This document shows, one piece after another, positions 1-8,981 of a DNA stretch of 64,000 nt. Location of the stretch: positions 24,567 through 88,566 of the IMG/VR virus record IMGVR_UViG_3300020440_000009; one strand, given 5' to 3'. The notes beneath the pieces were generated by a model. It saw nothing but the letters and a program-made list of their open reading frames with translations, was not told the origin of the DNA and searched no databases. The translations under genes and the position numbers were made by a program. Numbering within the stretch: position 1 is the first letter of the stretch; each line of letters begins with the position of its first letter. This DNA comes from a virus. Its lineage: Duplodnaviria > Caudoviricetes.

Positions 1-721
1 CACTAAGTGGATTTTTTGTATATAACTCAGAAGAAGGTCTTTTAACTGTTATCTCATCTGCTCTTCTGGTAGCATACTCTTGAACACGCTTACTAGGTAA
101 GTCTTCGAGATGAACATAACCAAGTCTTGTATATTCTAAGTGATCTTGATATGTTTCTGCAAAGTACTCTTTAAAAGGTTCGGTAAAAGGATCATACATA
201 TAATGTGGTACAAAGTTATCTTCCGTTCTAGTTCCTGTTCCTGTGGTCCCAGTTTGACTCGGCTCTGTTATTTTAACAACACCAGAATCTTTCTTAATAT
301 TTTTCCCAGGTGCATTCATGTTTATACTAGGAGCCTGTAAATTTATTTCCGATGCTTGTATTGTTATTCTACCAGGTGTTTTAATGACATGATGATCTTC
401 TTTATTATCTTCCGGAATAACCCAAGCCCGGTTACTCTGAATAGATGCAAAATAAACAGGTGAAGATATGTCACCTTCTTCAAAGAAAACCCATACATGA
501 GAATTTAATTTGGGTACAGAACACATTCCTTGATTATCATTACAACCACCAAATATAGGCATAGCCGGTTGTGCCCAAGGTAATCTATATTGAAAACCCT
601 CCTGATCAAAATTTAATTCATCAATTTTTGACGGATAGATTGAAGGTATATATATTTTACACTGACCATAAGGACCAGTGTTGTCTAAAACTATACCTCT
701 GTAATTTGAATTATACTCCAT
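1..721 (-). CDS. Baseplate puncturing protein gp5-like, N-terminal OB-fold (partial, runs off left end; absent from ORF track)
   Basis: Manual translation from ATG at 721: MEYNSNYRGIVLDNTGPYGQCKIYIPSIY...LPWAQPAMP...VPKLNSHVWVFFEEGDISSPVYF, the gp5/VgrG OB-fold pattern. TAATG overlap with upstream hub gene; no stop before position 1. Confidence 0.8.
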   Translation of the reverse strand, partial: MEYNSNYRGIVLDNTGPYGQCKIYIPSIYPSKIDELNFDQEGFQYRLPWAQPAMPIFGGCNDNQGMCSVPKLNSHVWVFFEEGDISSPVYFASIQSNRAWVIPEDNKEDHHVIKTPGRITIQASEINLQAPSINMNAPGKNIKKDSGVVKITEPSQTGTTGTGTRTEDNFVPHYMYDPFTEPFKEYFAETYQDHLEYTRLGYVHLEDLPSKRVQEYATRRADEITVKRPSSELYTKNPLS

Positions 722-2130
722 TAAACTAAACTCCTATTTTTACTAAAATCATCTCTCAACGTACTACTTGATAATGTCATTATATTAGAATATTTCTCAT
801 TCGCTAAATCAAAGACATGATTAATACTTGTAACTAACCATCTACCTATCAAGTCTCTTAGCGGTGTTGGGTCATTAACATCATCTACTCGTATAAACAT
901 ATCTATACCCGGTTTTCTAGGCAATCTACCAGGTGTTCTTACTGTAACAACATTGTTCTTTATCAATGAATCCACCATTCTTTTATAAAAATTTAAACCG
1001 TCTGGATCAATACCTTCAAATATCTGATTATTATCACCTTGTTTTAGTAGTGAAGTATCAAAAGTAAACTTACTTTCATCCGATGAATTTCTAGATATTG
1101 CTGAAAATCCCCTTTGTATTGACTGTGTTGTTATGGTTGATTTTTTTGAAAATTTTCTATAATTATAATCATATCCATGTTCTACTGTATCAAACATATT
1201 CTTAATAACATCTTGGTTATTGGTTATACTATCTGACTGAATTGATTCTATGTCTGTAAATAATAATCTCGATGATGGATTTGCATTAGCTTTTATGTCT
1301 AATATATTTCTATGTATTCTATAATCTGAAGCACCTACACTTGTTATAAAATCACTTTTAAACCATAGCTCGTGTTGTTTTTCAATATGATCATAAGGTA
1401 CAAAAACTAAATCAGATTCCGGTGTTTCTACATTTTTAGAGAGAATAGCCATTAGGTTTGATAATCTTGTAGAACCAGCTGGTGACATATGTTCAATATC
1501 AACATCTGTATCTTTAGTTGTCGATTTTAAAACTAGTTCATTATTGATTATTTTTGTAGATTTATCGCTATCTACACCTCCGAATATTGATCTAACTATT
1601 TGACCAAATTTCATGGTGCTTCTATACACATTTGCCTCTCTACTATGTGTAGTGACAGGTGCAGTTTGCATAAACGAGAAGAATAGAGTACTTATTAAAT
1701 CGATACTATAGACTACTACTCCATTATCTCGTTTTTCTAAAATTTTAGCTTTATTAACATAGAAAGTATGATTAAAATTAAATACTTCGCCATAATTATC
1801 ATCCGATAGAAGAGACTTCGATCTATCAGGTTGTGAAACTATAGATATTGTACAGAACAAATTTAAGTTATTGAAAGTATTCAACATGACTTCTTTTTCA
1901 TTGTCTTGAAAAACTATATTGGCTTTTAATATGGGGTCAATAAGACTACTTTCTATTGAAATCTTTTTTATGTTTGAGTTAGGTAGAAGTCTGGTTATTC
2001 TTCCTTCAGTGTCGGTGTAATTTGATTCGATCAAATCTAAAATATTTTCCGACCCATATCTACCATCAAGTAATCTGACAGCAAATGAATATTTTTCTGT
2101 GCCGTATGAAAATGACTGTATGGTGTTCAT
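721..2130 (-). CDS. Baseplate hub protein, gp27/late-control-D-like
   Basis: 469 aa; C-terminal TPGRLPRKPG...GRWLVTSINHVF pattern typical of hub proteins; lies between gp53-like and gp5-like genes. Confidence 0.6.
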   Translation of the reverse strand: MNTIQSFSYGTEKYSFAVRLLDGRYGSENILDLIESNYTDTEGRITRLLPNSNIKKISIESSLIDPILKANIVFQDNEKEVMLNTFNNLNLFCTISIVSQPDRSKSLLSDDNYGEVFNFNHTFYVNKAKILEKRDNGVVVYSIDLISTLFFSFMQTAPVTTHSREANVYRSTMKFGQIVRSIFGGVDSDKSTKIINNELVLKSTTKDTDVDIEHMSPAGSTRLSNLMAILSKNVETPESDLVFVPYDHIEKQHELWFKSDFITSVGASDYRIHRNILDIKANANPSSRLLFTDIESIQSDSITNNQDVIKNMFDTVEHGYDYNYRKFSKKSTITTQSIQRGFSAISRNSSDESKFTFDTSLLKQGDNNQIFEGIDPDGLNFYKRMVDSLIKNNVVTVRTPGRLPRKPGIDMFIRVDDVNDPTPLRDLIGRWLVTSINHVFDLANEKYSNIMTLSSSTLRDDFSKNRSLV

Positions 2131-2483
2131 TAATTCCCTCTTATGCTATCTATAACTTCTAAAGCATCTTCTTCGGATATATATCTTAGCTGAGTACCGG
2201 GGACAGGATCAAACATAGGATCTCTTATATCGTTTAACTTTAATATCAACCAGTAGAGTTTTGGTGTTCCGTATATATTAAAAGAAATCGAGTTCCAAGT
2301 TTCATTTTGTTTAATTGTATAATACTGAAAATAACCAGACTCTACAAAATCCAAATCTAACATATATAAAGTTCTCATCATGTTATACACATAATTATCA
2401 CCAACCACCTCTACATTAAGAACATTCGATAAAGAATTTTTAGGTGCTTCATTCTTTAATTCATTTATTTGAAATTCTTTCAT
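2130..2483 (-). CDS. Baseplate wedge protein gp53-like (LysM-like)
   Basis: YYTIKQNETWNSISFNIYGTPKLYWLILKLN matches the gp53 pattern. Confidence 0.85.
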   Translation of the reverse strand: MKEFQINELKNEAPKNSLSNVLNVEVVGDNYVYNMMRTLYMLDLDFVESGYFQYYTIKQNETWNSISFNIYGTPKLYWLILKLNDIRDPMFDPVPGTQLRYISEEDALEVIDSIRGN

Positions 2484-2498
2484 TTTATCTTATTCCTT

Positions 2499-4355
2499 TT
2501 ATCCGAATAGATTTGGCACTTCAAAGCCTGCTATTTTCTTTTTATCTTGTCTAAAGTTTTTGGCTATATCAGGTATAAATTCACCAAAATTTCTGGTAGA
2601 TACAGACGTACCTATGAGTGAGCCGAGACTATCTCTTATAGAGTTGAAATCACCACTTACAACACTCTCCGTGAGTTCCTTAAATTGTTTGTCTGTCGTT
2701 ATTGCTGGCAAGTCTTCCTGTAGTCCTTTCTGAGGATTTCTAGCATACACAAAGTTTAAATATGAATTTAAGTTATTAGGCATGAGAGATTTAAATGTCA
2801 TGGTTATTCTGTATGTATCTGGTATGAATTGAATAATTTCCGGGTTTAAAGGCATTTGACCTTCATTTTCATCAACAGCATTCGGTTTTTCTAAAACTGA
2901 TAAAACATCATTAATTTGTTTATCGTTTAATTTTCTCACTTTACCTACCTGATCAACCTTAATGTCAGCCGAACAGAAGAAATATCTAAATCTTCCCGGA
3001 ACTTTAATGTCATATAAATTTGAGGCTTGTTGGACAAAACCAACTTGTGTCCACCATGCACCAGCTATTATTGAATTTATAAACCTTACATTTTTCTTAA
3101 CTGCATCCATGTTGTAATTGAATAAAGTAAATGTGGTTTCAAATTCTGCATGTCCTTCTGTAGGTGCTGTAAATTTTGGTCGACCTTGTATGTCTACTTG
3201 TTGAATACCAGGTAATAACTTTATAAGTTTAGAACCAAAACTACCAAATGTCTGTTGTATAAATGTTCTTGATTCCCAACCATCTGAACCTTTGGCGTGC
3301 CAGTAAGTTTCTTGAGGTGAAAGTGGTACAGTATATTTTGCTCTTACCTTACCTCCTACAAGTCTTGTGTAAAAAAGGTTAGGTAGTGTAAAAACGTCAA
3401 AATAATCATTATTTTTACGACTACCAGCTATATCAACAAAAACTTCTTTCAATGCTCTTCCGAATGCTGATAATTTATTACCTGTATCACGAAAACTACC
3501 TTCTGCAAATGAAGATGCTAATTCTGATATTTGATTAAATATCTCAAATTGAAAAGCTAAATCTGATCTAGGTTGAATTTCAGTTATGTTTATTACTGGT
3601 ACACTCTTAAAGAGAGGATTATTTGAAACCAGTGATTTGTAGTCATCTATATTTGTGTCTCGTTTTCTACTCCTATCACCAAATAAAAATTCTGAAACTT
3701 CACCGGCAAACTCTTTTACATTACCAGCTATGTCAACTATTGTGTCTTTTACTTTTCCTATTTGTTTTACATAATCATTAATTTCATTTCTAACTTCATT
3801 AATTTTCATTCCTATGAAACCTTGTTGTCCACCGGGTTCTTGAAAATCAAACTGTTCGTCCGCTGTTTGAAAAAAATCATCTTCGTAAAATCTTGTCATT
3901 TCTTCAGGATACCATTGAAAGTCGTCTAAACCATATTGTGTACCCACTACATTATCATTTGATATATTATTTCTACCAGGAGTATATACGTTTCTATAAT
4001 CCGTTAGTTCGGTAGTCCAGGTATCTTCGGCATTGAAAGGAGAATTTATGTCTCCACCTGTTGGTGTTTGATCCGTTTCTCTTGATAATGTGGTACTTGC
4101 AAAATTACCTAATTTAAATGTTTGATCACCTATACGAACGCTAGGATTAAAAATCTGTTGTTCAGCAACCAGTTGTTCAAATGTTTTTGATGGTGCTCCT
4201 ACTACCTGATCTAAAGGACGATTCTTAATAGTCGGTCCGGTTCTATAATCTCTAAAAGTGTAATCAGACAATGAAAATGCACCATTAGACAAACTTGGAA
4301 CTCGATTTCTTATAATATTATCCGGTCGTAATGATTTTAAGTCGTTGATTGCCAT
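2499..4355 (-). CDS. Baseplate/tail-tube junction protein, gp48-like (tentative)
   Basis: 618 aa; C-terminal half has tube-fold style motifs (FETTFTLFN, YRITMTFKSL); baseplate context; GTAAATA motif upstream. Confidence 0.4.
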   Translation of the reverse strand: MAINDLKSLRPDNIIRNRVPSLSNGAFSLSDYTFRDYRTGPTIKNRPLDQVVGAPSKTFEQLVAEQQIFNPSVRIGDQTFKLGNFASTTLSRETDQTPTGGDINSPFNAEDTWTTELTDYRNVYTPGRNNISNDNVVGTQYGLDDFQWYPEEMTRFYEDDFFQTADEQFDFQEPGGQQGFIGMKINEVRNEINDYVKQIGKVKDTIVDIAGNVKEFAGEVSEFLFGDRSRKRDTNIDDYKSLVSNNPLFKSVPVINITEIQPRSDLAFQFEIFNQISELASSFAEGSFRDTGNKLSAFGRALKEVFVDIAGSRKNNDYFDVFTLPNLFYTRLVGGKVRAKYTVPLSPQETYWHAKGSDGWESRTFIQQTFGSFGSKLIKLLPGIQQVDIQGRPKFTAPTEGHAEFETTFTLFNYNMDAVKKNVRFINSIIAGAWWTQVGFVQQASNLYDIKVPGRFRYFFCSADIKVDQVGKVRKLNDKQINDVLSVLEKPNAVDENEGQMPLNPEIIQFIPDTYRITMTFKSLMPNNLNSYLNFVYARNPQKGLQEDLPAITTDKQFKELTESVVSGDFNSIRDSLGSLIGTSVSTRNFGEFIPDIAKNFRQDKKKIAGFEVPNLFG

Positions 4356-4415
4356 ATTTTTACCCTTTTTTTATCTGTGTTGGTATTTACCAAAAAAATT
4401 AAAATGATTTTTTAC

Positions 4416-5300
4416 TTACAAATTGTTTATTTGACTATTATTCTCTGATGATTCTTCGGCATTTGATGATACCTCATTAACAACATTTACAACAGTTGGA
4501 TTTTCCGCATTTTCGACAGTTTTCTTTAGTGCATCTATTTTTTCATCAATTTTTCTTATTTGAGGACTTATATTCATATCCTCTCTTAATCTTAATGCTT
4601 CATATTCAGGTATGTACATACCTGTCTGTCGAAAACTTTCTTCACGTTTTAGCTGTTCAGGAGTCATTGCACTTTCTATTGCATTTGCTTGACCTTTTAG
4701 CTCGGCTTGATTCGCTATTAGTTTATTTCTGCCTTTCTCCAAAACTGATATTTCCTCTGTTGCAGTCATAGGAATATCAACAAATGGTATATTATTTAAT
4801 GCCATTTTTAAGTCTAAAATTTGTTGAGCCGTTTTTTGTTCAAATTCTTTAACTTTGGCTGAAATAGGATCAATGATTTTCTTTTTAACTAAAATACCAA
4901 GAAATATGCCAAGTCCTATACCAACAGGTGAGGTTAAAAAGCTTTTAACTCTATCAAAAGAACTTTTTGAGCCACCTTTTAATTTTGCACCAAATGTTGT
5001 ACCTAAAGATCCGAGTCCTTCTTTAACACTTTCTTGACCAGACTTAAGACCGTTTAATGTCATTTTTTGAAGCTTTCTAAACTTATCGGTTTCTTCTCTT
5101 TTCTCCTTCTCTTCTTCTTGTGCTAAATCAAAAGCTTCATCGACATCTTGAACTCTTCTGTCTATATCGTGAATAATATCCAATTCATCTAAAAAGGTAT
5201 CTATTTTAGCTTCGATGGGTTGATTAGTCTCTTTTCCGGTTTCTTTACCTATCTTAATCAACTCATCTCTTTGCTCTGCTGTAAATTCAGTTCTAGACAT
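4416..5300 (-). CDS. Coiled-coil protein, possible short tape-measure/gp29-like
   Basis: 294 aa, helical and K/E-rich with a central hydrophobic segment (GIGLGIFLGILV); directly follows the gp26/gp51-like chaperone genes. Confidence 0.4.
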   Translation of the reverse strand: MSRTEFTAEQRDELIKIGKETGKETNQPIEAKIDTFLDELDIIHDIDRRVQDVDEAFDLAQEEEKEKREETDKFRKLQKMTLNGLKSGQESVKEGLGSLGTTFGAKLKGGSKSSFDRVKSFLTSPVGIGLGIFLGILVKKKIIDPISAKVKEFEQKTAQQILDLKMALNNIPFVDIPMTATEEISVLEKGRNKLIANQAELKGQANAIESAMTPEQLKREESFRQTGMYIPEYEALRLREDMNISPQIRKIDEKIDALKKTVENAENPTVVNVVNEVSSNAEESSENNSQINNL

Positions 5301-5476
5301 TAGATTCTCATTCCGTTATTCTTCTTCATCTCTTCGAGTTTTTGCTTCTCAGCTTCGGCTCTTTCGTCAATTATATTTACAATCCTACTGACATAGAAGT
5401 TGTACTCAATTAGAGATAGATTATCAAAAACAAAAGGATTAACATTAAAGTCTACTAATAGATTAGTTTCTGACAT
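5300..5476 (-). CDS. gp51-like hub assembly protein, 58 aa (absent from ORF track); possibly made as a -1 frameshift extension of the upstream gene
   Basis: MSETNLLVDFNVNPFVFDNLSLIEYNFYVSRIVNIIDERAEAEKQKL...; fills the gap exactly, TAATG coupling to the next gene; frame is open back to 5527. Confidence 0.7.
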   Translation of the reverse strand: MSETNLLVDFNVNPFVFDNLSLIEYNFYVSRIVNIIDERAEAEKQKLEEMKKNNGMRI

Positions 5477-5514
5477 AATTATAGAGGAATATACCGACTT
5501 AAAGAGATTTATGA

Positions 5515-6309
5515 TTAGATAAAATTTGACGCCGGAGCTTCACCTCCTATCTCGGCACCACATTTTTTGCAGTGTCCAGATAAATCCTGTGAACTGTACA
5601 TTTCATCTACCAAATCAGATACATGTGTATCGGTGGATTCCTTTGTTATCTTATTTTTAAGTAAAGAAGCTGGTAGTAATTCAAAATTCTGTATAAATTG
5701 TAAAATAGAATCTTCTTCATCGTCATGTGATAATTCTACATCATCAACTGATTTATTTGAAAATGATATTTTTATATTGTTAATAAAAAGTTTGAATAAA
5801 TCTTCAGCCTTAATCTTTTCACCTTGTAGTAAGTAATAAAATCCATACATCTGTCTAACAGTTGGTATTGATATTTTACAAGTCAGTCTATCATCCGCTT
5901 CATTATTAAAAAATATTTCTTTATATTCGTACTGATTTAAATCATTTATAACTTTATCTGAATCAAGTTTCAAAACATTCTCTTCATTACATTCAGGACA
6001 ATTTATTTTAAAGTCTGAGATCATGTCATTTGTAGAAAGAAGTTCAAACATAATCTTCATTCTATCAAACTCTGACATGTTCGCCATGTTTATATCTTCA
6101 TGACATAGAGACTTTATCATTGCACAAAGAGATTCATATATTTCAAAAGGCTTTTCTTCTGATGCTAACAAAGTCTTAGTAAGTGTTTTTAGCTGTGCAA
6201 CCGTTAATGCTTTAAAGCCATATTCTCTACCTTTAACAGGTAGGTAAATTTTATGAACTGTTGTGTTCATACCAGAGTTTAGAGCCTCTAAGAGTGCTTC
6301 ATTATTCAT
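5515..6309 (-). CDS. Baseplate hub assembly chaperone gp26-like
   Basis: YGFKALTVAQLK, CPEC and CKKC zinc motifs, ISIPTV; GGAGA SD upstream. Confidence 0.8.
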   Translation of the reverse strand: MNNEALLEALNSGMNTTVHKIYLPVKGREYGFKALTVAQLKTLTKTLLASEEKPFEIYESLCAMIKSLCHEDINMANMSEFDRMKIMFELLSTNDMISDFKINCPECNEENVLKLDSDKVINDLNQYEYKEIFFNNEADDRLTCKISIPTVRQMYGFYYLLQGEKIKAEDLFKLFINNIKISFSNKSVDDVELSHDDEEDSILQFIQNFELLPASLLKNKITKESTDTHVSDLVDEMYSSQDLSGHCKKCGAEIGGEAPASNFI

Positions 6310-6323
6310 AATTTCTCCTTAAC

Positions 6324-7184
6324 TTACAAGAAAGGTATATCATCTAGAGTCTTATTAATTCCAGTTGTTATTTTTCTTTCTAACTTATCCACAACATATT
6401 TATCAAAGGCTCTTTCTATTCTACCCTTAAGCTGTTTAGTTGAAGATTTGACATACATACAATCAAAAGCAAAGGTAACTCTTCTTGTTAAAACTTCTTC
6501 ACCACCATGTGATGGTGATAAAGTTTCAATACCAACAGGGTAAACATTCTTTAATATATATTCAAACATCCTCTTTTTATCTTCAGAGTCAAAAAATGCT
6601 ATTCTCAAAATACACTTTGTAAAAGGTCTATCATCATACTGCCATTCATTTGCTGTTGTTTCTCTTAACCAATAATAAAAGACATGCTCATGTAGTGAAA
6701 ATTCTGTTGATAAAAAGTCCACTGTAAAAGTATTTGCAGTTGGCTGTATATAAATTCCTGTATTTGACACATTTCCATAGTAAGTAGATTCGGTATCTGG
6801 CGTTAAGTAACCTTCAAAATCAGGTAAATCAATACCTTGTATAAAATACTTTAATGCTTCGGCTGTTCTTTCTTTAGTTGACTTTACGAACAACTGCTCA
6901 ACTCTTGATTGAAAAGGCTTAAAAGACCAAATACAGTTAAAGTAATAAGGTTTTTGAATTACAGTTGCTAATATCTTTTCTTGTAAGGGACTGTCTGTTC
7001 CAAATCTATTAAAGAATTGAATTATATTATCATTAACACTCGTTATGCCTAAATAAGAAGCAAGTGGATTATCTTTTATTGGTAATCTATCAATAAGATT
7101 GTCCAAAGGTGCGACTGAGTTGATCGCATCATCAACAAAGTTATTAAATCTATCACTTAAATTTGGTTTATTAGGTTCCGCCAT
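6324..7184 (-). CDS. Tail tube-like / gp54-like tube initiator
   Basis: gp19-fold motifs: IQGIDLP, FTVDFL, YILKNVYPVGI, VTFAFD. Confidence 0.6.
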   Translation of the reverse strand: MAEPNKPNLSDRFNNFVDDAINSVAPLDNLIDRLPIKDNPLASYLGITSVNDNIIQFFNRFGTDSPLQEKILATVIQKPYYFNCIWSFKPFQSRVEQLFVKSTKERTAEALKYFIQGIDLPDFEGYLTPDTESTYYGNVSNTGIYIQPTANTFTVDFLSTEFSLHEHVFYYWLRETTANEWQYDDRPFTKCILRIAFFDSEDKKRMFEYILKNVYPVGIETLSPSHGGEEVLTRRVTFAFDCMYVKSSTKQLKGRIERAFDKYVVDKLERKITTGINKTLDDIPFL

Positions 7185-7200
7185 AATACTATTTACTTAC

Positions 7201-7824
7201 TTATGAGTTTAAAGTTCCTTGATATTTCACTCTTCCGTTAACTATTAAATACTTTTCGAATTGTATATTTTCAAAATCTTTAGCCAACTTATCAGCTATA
7301 TTTACATTTTCAACATGATCATCATATATCTTAACAACTGATACTTCGGGATTTCTTAAATATCTTCTCATAATGTATTCTTTTCTCTCAGGTATGGTAC
7401 CTTTCTTTAGATTACCAGATAGTTCAAATCGGATCCTCTTATCGTTTACCCTCAATCCAACTTCTCTGAATTTGTCCTTAAAAAGCCTGTTGTCATCAAA
7501 GTTGGGTCTTGCTGTTAAAAATATAATTCTACTACTTTTATTTGCAAATTCTTTCTTGACTCTATCTAATGTATCCTTTATTATCTTAGATGTGGTCTTA
7601 AAAAGTTTTCCACTTAAAAACTGTGAAAAATCAAATTCTTCGTTGTCTTTCAGTTCATAACTGTTAAATTCTTGATTTGATAATTGTTTAATTTCTTTTT
7701 TAGTTTTTTTGTCACGAACAACTATCATAGCAAAAGTATTAAAAACAGTTTCATCAATATCAAAGAAATTTAATATTATGTTTTTATTACTTTGTTCTTC
7801 TAAAAATTCAAGGTAGCTTTTCAT
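7201..7824 (-). CDS. HAD-superfamily phosphatase
   Basis: Motif I FFDIDET, motif II FLTAR, motif IV IYDD. Confidence 0.8.
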   Translation of the reverse strand: MKSYLEFLEEQSNKNIILNFFDIDETVFNTFAMIVVRDKKTKKEIKQLSNQEFNSYELKDNEEFDFSQFLSGKLFKTTSKIIKDTLDRVKKEFANKSSRIIFLTARPNFDDNRLFKDKFREVGLRVNDKRIRFELSGNLKKGTIPERKEYIMRRYLRNPEVSVVKIYDDHVENVNIADKLAKDFENIQFEKYLIVNGRVKYQGTLNS

Positions 7825-8132
7825 TATTTAAATATAGACGGACTAATGCTCTTTTGTTTTTTAATAGCAGGTACTGGAACCTTCATAATTTCTAACTTAG
7901 AAACTGTTTTAAGAACATTGTCGATGATTCTTCGAACATCAGGACTTTTCGTTTGTCTCAAGAGAACAGCTAAAAATTGTCTTAGTTCGTAATATGTTAG
8001 TCCACCTTCTGCTTCGTTTACTAACTGCAAATTCTCAAATATGTTACCACTCTTGGACTCAATCAAAACTTTTGAATCCATTTTTGAAATAAATTGTTTC
8101 AATTCACCTAAACATTTTTCCGAAATAGTCAT
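7824..8132 (-). CDS. Hypothetical protein
   Basis: 102 aa ORF tightly packed between neighbours. Confidence 0.6.
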   Translation of the reverse strand: MTISEKCLGELKQFISKMDSKVLIESKSGNIFENLQLVNEAEGGLTYYELRQFLAVLLRQTKSPDVRRIIDNVLKTVSKLEIMKVPVPAIKKQKSISPSIFK

Positions 8133-8136
8133 GTAC

Positions 8137-8883
8137 TTATCCTATATAAAAAGCATTGTGAGGTCCAGTCCACTTGACAATCTCATCAGTCCACTTTTCC
8201 CACTCTGCTTGACCTTGTTCTCCGACTGATGTATCAACTGTTCCTCCCCCAGGAAGCTGTACACCTTCGAATTTACTTCTTACTAAACCTAGAATTATTT
8301 TAGCTTTTGCTAATGCTAATCTTTTCACATACCAATTACCTACAAGTTCACTTATTGGTGGTACTGTCTTGATACCCATAACAATGTAACCCTCTTTATT
8401 TTGCTGAATAGGGTCAGGGAATAACTTAAGGGTCTGTGTATGGGAGTTATAATTAAAATCGAATCTTTGAGATAACATTCTTTTTGACATATCAACAAAC
8501 TGACTAGCTAGTTCAAAAGATACATAACTTGTGTTCATTCCATAGTGAAAAGGTAAGATACCTTGATTAGCCATCTGATTTTCGATAGAGAATAAAGTAT
8601 TTATTCCTCCGTCTAGTTCTTCTTCTAGTGCGAAAACGGATTTTGCGTTGTATGCTGATAGTGACATACCTGTACCTTGTGTGTAACCACTTAAAGGTAA
8701 CATAACATAGTTGTCTCCCATTTCTGCATATTCTGTATAAAATTCTATTGCATCATTAATTGATGTTGTTAATTGATCGTCTGTTAATTCTACTGTGATA
8801 AGAGGATCACCTAGTTGTTTTAATATCCAACTTTGTAAACCAGAGAGAGTTGTTGTTGATTGATTGATATATGTACCGGCCAT
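8137..8883 (-). CDS. Neck protein gp13-like
   Basis: ILKQLGDPLITVELTDDQL...WYVKRLALAKAKIILG...KFEGVQLPGG matches gp13. Confidence 0.9.
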   Translation of the reverse strand: MAGTYINQSTTTLSGLQSWILKQLGDPLITVELTDDQLTTSINDAIEFYTEYAEMGDNYVMLPLSGYTQGTGMSLSAYNAKSVFALEEELDGGINTLFSIENQMANQGILPFHYGMNTSYVSFELASQFVDMSKRMLSQRFDFNYNSHTQTLKLFPDPIQQNKEGYIVMGIKTVPPISELVGNWYVKRLALAKAKIILGLVRSKFEGVQLPGGGTVDTSVGEQGQAEWEKWTDEIVKWTGPHNAFYIG

Positions 8884-8910
8884 AATTAATTCCTATTTAT
8901 TATACATCGG

Positions 8911-8941
8911 TATTTACAAAAAAACCTAGAAATTGTAAATA
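8911..8941. promoter_or_regulatory. Divergent late-type promoters (GTAAATA) for gp13 and gp17
   Basis: Minus-strand GTAAATA at 8911-8917 and plus-strand GTAAATA at 8935-8941; variant of the T4 late TATAAATA. Confidence 0.65.
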
Positions 8942-8981
8942 ACCTAACCAAAGTATAGTTATAAAATATGAGGAAAATCTA

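Noticed and set aside
140-340. 66-aa plus-strand ORF
   Set aside because: Antisense shadow of the gp5-like gene
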